Assembly (NCBI GenBank): GCA_964270895.1
Contig: OZ185442.1
Source of the DNA: Podarcis filfolensis
Taxonomy: Eukaryota
Length of the DNA: 64,000 nucleotides
Direction: 5' to 3' (one strand)
The translations under genes were made by a program, and so were the position numbers. Each line of letters starts with the position of its first letter. Position 1 is the first letter of the stretch. The notes under the pieces are model-generated. The model saw only the letters and a program-made list of their open reading frames with translations. It searched no databases and was not told the DNA's origin. Shown piece by piece: positions 55,080 through 64,000 of this stretch.

Positions 55080-56935
55080 TTTGTTTTAATTAATATTTAT
55101 TAAAGTTTTAAAGGTTACAGAAGAAAAAACAAAAAACACCATTTTATTTTTTTTTATTTTTTTTATAAAATATTTATTGAAATTTTACAAAAACATAGGT
55201 TTACAGAATACAAAAAAAACATAGGAAAATAAAAAGATAAAAAAGAAAACATACAAAAATTCATAAAAAATAAAAAATAAAAATACAAAATACAAAAAAC
55301 GGATAGATAAAAAAGAGTTAAAAACAAATCCATTTTTTGTAACTTTAAACTCATTAGCTTGTTTCCTTGACCTCCTCACACCTCCCCTTTTTGTATTCCC
55401 ATTTAAATAATCAAATCAGCAAATCCTTACCCTCTTTCGTTTATCTTAACTCTATATCTTAACATATTATAACTCTATATTTTCATCCATTATCAATTCA
55501 TTTTTGCATATTCTCATTAACTTTGTTGCTAATGCCACTTATTCTCAATCCAACATCATTTTTAACATTCATTAATTTTGCAGTGTTTCTGCAAATAGTC
55601 TTTAAATTTCTTCCAATCTTCTTCCACCAACTCTTCTCCCAGGTCTCGGATTCTGCCAGTCATTTCCGCTAATTCCATATAGTCCATCACCTTCATCTGC
55701 CACTCTTCCAGGGTGGGTAAATCTTGTGTCTTCCAATACTTTGCAATGAGTATTCTTGCTGCTGTTGTTGCATACGTGAAGAAAGTTCTATCCTTCTTTG
55801 GCACCAATTGGCCGACTATGCCCAGGAGAAAGGCCTCTGGTTTCTTCAGGAAGGTATATTTAAATACCTTTTTCATTTCATTATAGATCATCTCCCAGAA
55901 AGCCTTAATCTTTGGGCACGTCCACCAAAGGTGAAAGAATGTACCTTCATTTTCTTTACATTTCCAACATTTGTTATCGGGCAAATGATATATTTTTGCA
56001 AGCTTGACTGGTGTCATGTACCACCTGTATATCATTTTCATAATATTCTCTCTTAAGGCATTACATGCCGTAAATTTCATACCGGTGGTCCACAACTGTT
56101 CCCAGTCAGCAAACATAATGTTATGACCAATATATTGTGCCCATTTAATCATAGCAGATTTAACCGTTTCATCCTGCGTATTCCATTTTAACAGCAAGTT
56201 ATACATTCTTGAAAGTATCTTAGTTTTGGGATCTAACAGTTCTGTTTCCAATTTTGATTTTTCCACCTGGAAGCCAATTTTTTTGTCCAAATTATAGGCC
56301 TCTCTTATTTGATAATAATGAAGCCAGTCTCGCACTTTATCTTTTAATTTCTCAAAACTCTGCAATTTCAATTTATCTCCTTCTTGTTCCAATATTTCCC
56401 AATATTTCGGCCATTTGGCCTCCATATTGAGCTTTTTCTGAGCCTTCGCTTCCATTGGTGACAACCACCTTGGGGTTTTATTTTCCAGTAAGTCTTTGTA
56501 TCTTATCCAGACATTGAACAATGCTTTCCTGACAATATGGTTTTTAAATGCTTTATGCAAAAAACACCATTTTAAACAAAAACAATACAACACATCACAA
56601 TAAAGAAAAAACAAGAATGAGAAAAAGAAAGAAAAAACACACACACAAAAATCCATTAAAAAAGCAAAAAAAGGGAATACAGCGCATCTTCCAATAACTT
56701 ATCTTTCATTAGCTTCTTTCCTTGACCTCATCACACCTCCCTTTTTTGTATTCTAGTTCAATTATCTGTTTCAGCAAATCCTTTCCATCTTTTAAAATTT
56801 TTGTCCTGTAATTTATCTTAATATAATGTATCTTTACTTTCCCTCCTTTCACCTATTAACAGTCAGTTTTTCCCAAATCCTTTATAACATTTCTGCTAAA
56901 GCCACATAACATCATTCCAACATCCTTCTAACAGA
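55080..56935 (-). mobile_element. Older L1 3' UTR, split by the younger L1 (segments about 55080-55129 and 56575-56935)
   Basis: Own AATAAA at 55101-55096; shares the block TCATTAGCTTnTTTCCTTGACCTCnTCACACCTCCC (56706-56741) with the younger copy (55351-55385). Confidence 0.7.
55147..56557 (-). mobile_element. Young 5'-truncated L1 LINE with uninterrupted ORF2 C-terminus
   Basis: 331 stop-free codons including the CX2CX8HX4C knuckle (CWKCKENEGTFFHLWWTC); 3' UTR, AATAAA (55178-55173), A tail; 17-bp TSD CAAAAAACACCATTTTA at 55130-55146 and 56558-56574; TT/AAAA endonuclease site. Confidence 0.93.
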
Positions 56936-57544
56936 AGAAAAGAAAAGTTTGAAGGGCAAAAGGACATAGGGCCAAATAAAGTCAATATTGTTGGAATCTG
57001 TCTGTCTCGGAAGACAATGGAGATGTGCGGCTTTGGAGGGAAGTCAGACTGCTGGAAGCCAAAATTGGCAAGAATGAGGTGATGGATAGCCTCAATGGGA
57101 AAGAGTTTTAACAAAAATATTTAAATATTTATTCCACCTATATATAAGGCTGGAGTTCTGTGTGAAACTGTGGTGAGGTCAGTTCAGTTCTGGTAGTGAA
57201 ACCAAATTTATTGGCTTAGAATATGCTCAGAAGCACCCTGCCCTTTAATTCTAGCTGCATGTCTTTTGCATCTGGCTCTGGTTGGTAGATCTTGGGATTC
57301 TAGTGGGAAAAAGCAGATTCTGTAAGCCTGAAATCTGCTCAACCCCTTACTTTGCATAATGTAAAAAGACAGGTCTCTGTGTGAGATGTTTACAATCTAA
57401 TATTTTGCGGGCTTGAGAACATATGGAGAGGGGAAGAGAAGCAGAACATAGTTTCTTATGCAAAAGGACCCAGGTTCAACTCCTGGCATTTCTAGGTAGG
57501 ACTAGGAAAGACCCCTTCCTAAAACTCTGTAGAGCCGTGGTCAG

Positions 57545-57671
57545 CTGTTTTGGCCCTCCAGCTGTTTTGGGACTACAATTCCCATCATCCCTGACCACTG
57601 GTCCTGTTAGCTAGGGATGATGGGAGTTGTAGTCCCAAAACAGCTGGGAGGGCCAAGTTTGGCCATGCCTG
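57545..57671. mobile_element. Palindromic hAT-type MITE, same family as 7593-7727; second copy at about 57878-57985
   Basis: GGCCCTCCAGCTGTTTTGGGACTACAATTCCCATCATCCCT...AGGGATGATGGGAGTTGTAGTCCCAAAACAGCTGGGAGGGCC. Confidence 0.85.
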
Positions 57672-60525
57672 GTTTAGACCAAATTTCCATTGGCTCCAGC
57701 TGGATGTGCCTGATGGGAGAGGTAGTTCCTGGCCAAGCCTGCTGCAGAGGACCTCTGCCGCCAGCACTCCAACCTTGGTGTCCTTTGTGCCTTGAAGAAC
57801 ATGCAGTTAGCAACCAAGTGAGCATAGAGTCCATAGGTCTCCACTTGTCCCATTTGTATTAGAATAAAAGTTTAAACCAGCCTGTCCCTACTCTTATCAT
57901 CCTTACCTGAACTGTCTGTGCTGACAGTGGCTGTTAGGAGTTGTAGCCTAAAACAGCTGGAGGGCACTGGGTTGGGTAAGGCTAATTTATATTCTGTAGA
58001 CAACACAGCAGCAATCATTTTAAACAGTGAAATGAGGCGATTAACATTGAATGTAGCCATATTACTGTGGTCATTGTGGCATTCTTTAATTTTAAAATAC
58101 GCTACAATCCTATATGGGACTCTCTTGTGATCATTTGTAGAAGCTTTGATGAATGCTTATAAATCAGGGATGCTCCCCCGGATAACCTTGGCAGGACGGT
58201 CAAGCACTCCTTTTGGATCTGTTTGGTTTTTGCCTTTGTTAATCTGAATGCAACCTTTCTTCAGTGGTATGTGGAGCGTTTATAAGAAGTCACTGTTTGT
58301 GGTAAGCTCACCCTCTAATCCAGCCAGAGATTCAAGCACTTGCCAATCAATTCTTCAAAAATATGACTATTTGAACTATTTTCCATCCGAAATGTGCAGA
58401 CAAATTAGAGAGCATGGCATGTATAAAAACAAATTCAGGATCCTCCAGAACCACTGAGTCAAGGCTAGGACGGCTGCATTGTTGGTTATTTTTGCTTGTT
58501 TCTCCAGCTGTATCTTAAGGTCTGGAACTTGCCTTGATAGGAGAAGCAGAATAACCCTGTTATTGCTGGAAGAGGGATTCATTTCTCCTTTCTGGCAAAA
58601 ATTCAAGGATGGTTTGTTAGTGCTGACAGTGGAATAGATAAACCCCTCAAAAGACATGGCTCAAAAATTAATACAAAAGTTAAGCATTGAAGAGTACATC
58701 AGTTCTGACAGGCATAAACTGTAAACGGTTAGAGTGTTTGGCTATGACCTGGGAGACTAGGGTTCAAATCCCCACTTAGTCATGAAGTTGACCTTGGACC
58801 AGTGACCATCTCTTAGCCTAACCAACCTGTTGTGAGGATGAAATGGGGAGGAGGAGAACCACCTTAAGCTCCTTGGAAGATAGAAGTGGTATATAAATGT
58901 AATAAATAAATATAGTTTGTACACTTCATTGGGCTGTCACCCGTCTTTAAAATGTCTTAGAATTATAGAGTTGGAATGCATCCCCAGGGTCATTCCTGCA
59001 ATGCAGAAATCCTGCCCACCACCATCCCTGGGGGGACTTGAACCACCAACTCTCTGGTTAACGGTCAGATGCATTGACCCCTTGCACCAAACGATCAGTT
59101 GCAAGCATTTTCATTAATGCTTCATCAACTGCATCTGCATCTGTTTGCATTGAAGCAAAGCATTAGGTCTGAAGAAGAAAAAACATATACTTTGCTTTTA
59201 GATGATGCTCACTTGAGTGACCCTCACAGAAGATGAATTTCCTTATGCACGTGTGAGAGGAAAAGCACCCTCAATTTCTGTGAGTATAAGTATTGGCAAC
59301 AGGTTTTTTAAGAAGAGAAAAACATTAACTCTTAGAAAACATCATGACTTTCTCTTCTCCCCCAACCTCCAGCTGTTACACCAGGAGGATTACAGTAATT
59401 AAGCCAGGCTGTCAGCAGCATAGCACACAAATCCAGGCCAGGAAAAGCTTCACTCTGGTTGCAGCCTCAAAACTACAGAATAATGAGGGATTCCCTCCAG
59501 AGGTAATTTCGCAGCCACAGAAGGATTTTCTAGACTGTGGCAGGGAAGCAATGAACTACACCCATCCAGTGCTGTGCACTGCAGTCCTGATTCAGATAGG
59601 GTGGGCAGAAAGACAGGAGCATTGCAGCAGTTGCTGTTGAAAACTGTACTAAAATACACTGGGTGTAAAGTGTTCGTTGGCCCAACTGACACAAAGGAGG
59701 GCCAGTCAGGGGAGGCTGGCCATGATCCAGCAGATGGCCACATGTCCTCTTGGAGAAAGGCAAAAGGGAAGAATAATATTGCCCTTCAACTACTGTGTTA
59801 GGAAATGCATGTGATTCTGCCCACCACTAAAAGCTGGAGCCGGTAGGTTTTGGGGTATGGGTGTGGTATATCAATCTCCGCACTAAACTGCTTTGAGGTT
59901 TTTTGTTTTAGAATCAGGTGGTACATAAATTTTATTAAATAAATCACCCAAACATCGCACCCTGGATTTGTGACCTGTGGCAGAGGTCAGGAAGCCTGGT
60001 CAGAAAGCCCACATTAAAGCAAATGCCGCCTTTGCAAGAGGAGAGGTGCTGGGGACCCAAAAGCCACATCCCTTGAGTTTGGGGAGCAAGAGAAAGGAAC
60101 TTGCTGCCTCTTTCACAAGCCTAAGCAACTCATGCAGGTCAGACACAAGTCGGGCTTGACCCAAGCCAAGCGGCTGCCCCAGTGGCGGCACCAGAACCTC
60201 AGGCTCCCCTGTCAGGTTGCAGGGATGAAATTATTGGGTGGCATCGTGCAGCCATTTGGAGGGACACACAAATGTTTTGGACACCAGCTCTGATCTATTT
60301 CAGTTCTGCTGGTTGGGAAAGCCATTCCACCACCAGCAGCAATAACACACATCTCCACCATACCCACATTAGCCTGTGAAAGCGACAGCTTCCCCCCTTC
60401 CCCAAACTCTGGGATTGTCCTCCATGCCTTGCCTGTAGCTGCACCTGTGTGCAGCTGAAGCTGGAAGGAGAGAGACAAGAGAAAAAGGAGGATGGAGCGC
60501 CTGTGCTTTGTTTTCTCTCCTTCAG

Positions 60526-60600
60526 CCAATCGGATTGCTGTGCTTGGTTGCCAAGGCTACCCTTATGAGCAGAGATGGAGGGGGCAGCTGCCTATATAAA
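60526..60600 (+). promoter_or_regulatory. AZIN2: Candidate AZIN2 core promoter (CCAAT and TATA)
   Basis: CCAAT at 60526-60530 and TATATAAA at 60593-60600, upstream of a GC-rich leader that ends in AAG|GTGGGT; predicted TSS about 60620-60630. Confidence 0.65.
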
Positions 60601-60624
60601 GGACCAGCATTCCTCCTGTGTCTA

Positions 60625-60752
60625 AGATTAGCTGGTGCTGCTTTGCATGGTGTAGGCTTTGGAGTGGGGGGAGGAGGAGGAGCAGCCACTGCCGAAGCCT
60701 ATATTTACTCTTGGGAGACCCATGGGCAAAATCCGTTTAAATGCTTTTTAAG
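60625..60752 (+). other. AZIN2: Candidate AZIN2 5' UTR exon 1 with uORFs MV* (60647-60655) and MGKIRLNAF* (60722-60751)
   Basis: Follows the TATA box; donor AAG|GTGGGT at 60752/60753 followed by intronic G-runs. Confidence 0.6.
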
Positions 60753-60950
60753 GTGGGTGGAGGGGTATTCTGGGTACCAAGGTGGGTGGGGAGGGGATGG
60801 AGGCTCAAGGGAGAGAAGAGGGATGGTAGTGTATCAGGGGGAGGGGGCAGGGAAGGGAACGATTTTCTTGCATGGTTGACTGAGCTGTTCTGGTAACCAG
60901 GTGGATTTCCCGCCCCACATCCTCCATATCCCCACCCCCACCCCTTACAG

Positions 60951-61069
60951 AGATCTCGGATCCCCAGCAGCAACTGCGCCTCGGGGTGTTGCAAAAGCTC
61001 AGAGTTCACCGGAGAACCCCCCTGGCATTACACCTAGCCACCCAGGAAGGAGGAAGGCTTCGGGACTTG
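60951..61069 (+). other. AZIN2: Candidate AZIN2 5' UTR exon 2 encoding the uCC C-terminus RSRIPSSNCASGCCKSSEFTGEPPWHYT*
   Basis: Acceptor CCCCACCCCTTACAG (AG at 60949-60950), donor TTG|GTGAGG at 61069/61070; EPPW codons at 61014-61025; TAG at 61035-61037. Confidence 0.72.
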
Positions 61070-61489
61070 GTGAGGCCTTGGGAGGAAAGCTTGGAGGTGG
61101 GGGGAGTGGAGGGTGGGGTGGGGTGGGGAAGGGCGCTTCGTTCACCTCCCAGGGAGAGGAGGGAGGGAGGGAGAGGGACAAACATTGCAGGCACACCTTC
61201 ACCTGAAATGGGCACCTTTCCCCCTCCCCAAACCCCAGGTCTGCACGTCACTATTATTAATCTGGGTTAAAGACACAATTCCCCTGTTTTGTTTTTCTGT
61301 TTTGTGGCAGGGGGAGGAGAAAGAGAGAGAAAGACCTTGACGTATATATGCTGTTGTTGGCAGGTTCAGGACAAATAAAAATAAAGTCCTCCTTTATGCA
61401 GCTCATATTTAAAACCATGGCATTTGCATGGCCACCAACTTGGATGACTTTGAGAGAGAACTGGGCAAATTCACGGAGAAGGCCACAAT

Positions 61490-62140
61490 TATTACTGTTG
61501 TTGTTATTATATTATATGTTATTATTAATCACCTATCCACTGTAAGGTCCTCAGAGCAGGTTACAGCGTTGAAACACAATATGAACAATTTAAAACAACT
61601 TGCAACCATAAAAATAAGGCTGTTCCTAAAATCATACACTTCAAATGTCGAAAGCCAGGGTAAAGAGGTGTGTCTTTAGCATTCTCCAAAAGCTGTATAA
61701 TGAAAGTGGCAGATGCACTTCTGTGAAGGTCTTCCACACTTTAGGGGCTGCCACTGAGAAGGCCGTTACCCCCTAAGCCTTTGAGGGTAGAGGAACAACC
61801 AGGAGGGCGTCCTCCACTGACCTCAGCACCCAAGAGGTTCTGAAGGGAAGGAGGTGGTCGTTCAGATATTTAGGGGCCTGTGTTATTTGAGACTTTAAAC
61901 ACCAACATGAGGACCTTGATGTGTGCAGAAATGACCTGGCAACCAGTGCAGCTGCTTTAAAACAGGATTATATAAGATTTAAGTGGAACCCCAGCCAGTA
62001 ATCTAGCTGGTACATTTTGGACCAATTGAAGTTTCTGAGTTGTCTTCAAGGGGCTTTGCAATAATCTAGAGTACATTGCAGTAATCTAGTCTGGAAGTTA
62101 CCAGAGCAGAAGAGTACAGTGGTCAAGTCATCTCTGTCCA
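61490..62140 (-). mobile_element. L2 LINE 3' region, decayed
   Basis: (TTA)n-like tail at about 61490-61530 and reverse-strand L2 ORF2 motifs (GGCAACCAGTGCAGCTG, TTCTGAGTTGTCTTCAAGGG, TACATTGCAGTAATCTAGTCTGGAAGTTACC). Confidence 0.75.
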
Positions 62141-62905
62141 AAAGGGGCAAAAAAGCTACAACTCCTTTTGTTAACAGCCACACATAGAAGCTTTTCCTAT
62201 GCATCCCAGATGCCAGCTATATCCCTTAATTCCAAAAAGCTCAAATCAGTGGTTCTGATTTATCGATTGCAGGGCTGTTCCATTGGCTAAGCTGAGGCAA
62301 CAGTAACTTTAGTCTCTCCATCAATGGTTTCCATTCTAGTCAGTTCAAGAAATGCTAAGTGTCTGAGTTTTCTGTTTTCCTCTTCCCTCCCAATCACTTT
62401 TCCTTTTGTGTCACATCTTTTAGATTAGAGGGCAGGGAGTGTCTTATTACTGTAAGCTGCTCTCAGAGCCTTTTTTGGCTGCAGAGCAGGGTAAAAATGG
62501 CTTGGGTCCAAAGTGCTACTCAGAATCATGCAATGTATTTCTGTTATCTAGTGGAATTCGCTTTTTTAAAATATGAAGAAGTGTTTTTGAAATGTTCCTC
62601 ATTGCTGTGTGACATGAAAAGACTGTGATTCAGCCTAAAGTTGGTTTAGAAATTATAAATTCAAGTTTAGTTGTTTATTCCCAGGTAAATGGGAACAGGA
62701 TTGTGGCCTTAGCTACTGCTTTGGTTAGGTTAATCATTTTTAAAAACTCTTTAATCAGCTAAAAAGGGGGCTCACAATCAGGCCACATATTTGAAAAACA
62801 TAAATTATATTTAATAAAAGTGTTTGTGCAAAAACCCCTGCAACCAACTAACAGTGTATTAAGAGAAACATTTCTTCCTTGCATGGAAGGAATGTCTCTT
62901 CAAAG

Positions 62906-62951
62906 ATGATGCCTGCTATGGCACATGTATGATGCCTGCTATGGCACATGT
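62906..62951. repeat. Perfect 23-bp tandem duplication ATGATGCCTGCTATGGCACATGT x2
   Basis: Direct inspection. Confidence 0.95.
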
Positions 62952-63376
62952 GTGCATCTGTGATGCTCTAATCTCTTGCCCCTGAACTCTGTGCAGTGCC
63001 CCAAAGAAGATAAAGGACAAACTCTGCAAGATCCGCTTGTCCCAACATGAGAAGAGAATGGAACAGATGCAACAGAAGTCAACAGAGGCTTGGTGAACTC
63101 CTGAAAGGCTGTGCCTTCAGCTAGGGAAAATCTCTTTCCAGACTTCCATGTTTCTAATCCTCATGGCTGGTCATTAGGAATAACTTGGGTCGTGCCCATG
63201 GAGGCAATGGAAGGCATGGCTGCTGAGCACCTTTCCTTGGCCTGAATGGGAGAGGAGGAGGAGCCTGCCTTAACTGTTCTTCTCCTTCCTTTTCCTTCGC
63301 AGTGTGTTGCATACTTAAAAACTATACCCCCTACTGACGGAGGCTTTAGAAGCAATATCCTCCTTCGACAGTAACG

Positions 63377-63475
63377 ATGACCAGGTACTTGGATGAATCG
63401 GACATCATGATGGTGGAGGAGGGCTTCACCACCAGGGACTTGCTAGAGAATCTCCTCCTGGAGGTTTCCCAGGCG
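63377..63475 (+). CDS. AZIN2: Antizyme inhibitor 2 / ODC-paralogue, first coding exon (MTRYLDESDIMMVEEGFTTRDLLENLLLEVSQA)
   Basis: Not in the ORF track; read manually. Exon 63303-63475 has a strong pyrimidine tract plus CGCAG acceptor and a GCG|GTAAG donor. Matches mammalian AZIN2 MAGYLSESDFVMVEEGFSTRDLL better than ODC1 or AZIN1; head-to-head with AK2 as in mammals. Confidence 0.92.
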
Positions 63476-64000
63476 GTAAGAGGCAGGGGCAGTTGACATA
63501 CTGGGTGGGTGAATTGTAGTCCTTTTGGTGTCTGCATCCCATTATGCTCTGTCCATACTAGAGAGTATGATGCTATCATGTACATAGGAGGGAACAGTTT
63601 TCCTGAGCCTGTCATTTGCCCCTCTTTTTTAAAAAAAGTTTTTTTAAAAATTGCACTAACATGCTTCTTAAATATTAGCGCTATTTCATGATGATTAAAA
63701 AGGAGAAGGAAAATTATAATAAAATGACATGACAGGAAAGACAGAGCACAAGTGCAGGACTCCAGGTTTTACGAGGGTTGGGAGCAAGTTTCTTGACCTT
63801 TCGGTTTGAAATATATGCTTGAAAGTCCATGTGCTGTTCCTGGCGAAGCCTTGGGAGCCACAGGAATAGTAGCTGAGCAGGATTCCCTGGGATCAGGGCA
63901 AGGATCCTGCTTCAGGGCCTTTCCTAACATTTTGCTTCTCCCCCTTTCGCTTGCAGAAGCAGAATAAATCACGCAAAATAAGAGTAGCCAGCTTTGTGCA

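Noticed and set aside
58160-58700. Coding-like stretch upstream of AZIN2
   Set aside because: Both strands have stops and I could not assign any family; needs BLASTx or RepeatMasker.
60508-60879. 123-aa plus-strand track ORF as an independent gene
   Set aside because: It starts at TTG upstream of the TATA box and runs through a donor; only its exon 1 part is relevant, as the candidate uCC frame.

Overview
Vertebrate genomic DNA from a squamate reptile, probably a lacertid lizard judging by its Sauria SINE, L2, CR1 and hAT-MITE content. The window holds the syntenic block TMEM54, RNF19B and AK2 (all minus strand, complete exon chains, AK2 with both A and B C-terminal isoforms) and the 5' end of AZIN2/ODCp on the plus strand. 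All three complete exon chains were rebuilt by hand with canonical GT-AG junctions, and the phases add up to intact reading frames: TMEM54 223 aa, RNF19B 797 aa, AK2A 244 aa, AK2B 238 aa. Introns and intergenic DNA are dense in CR1, L2, L1, SINEs, hAT and Tc1/mariner elements and Penelope-like relics; one 135-N gap lies at 5661-5795. The most striking observation is in the AZIN2 5' leader. A candidate non-coding exon (60951-61069) encodes ...EFTGEPPWHYT-stop, which has the same F-x-x-E-P-P-W-x-x-S/T-stop layout as the polyamine-sensing upstream conserved coding region (uCC) of AZIN1. It is preceded by a short out-of-frame MG-type uORF. This suggests an eIF5A/polyamine ribosome-queuing feedback switch on lizard AZIN2, possibly tuned by splice-site choice. 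Other notable items are hammerhead-ribozyme motifs in Penelope-like relics, a young L1 nested in an older L1 tail, an inverted MITE pair, a recursive-type AG|GTGAGT site in AK2 and a Tc1 IR/DR remnant. All homology calls come from remembered sequences, not database searches.
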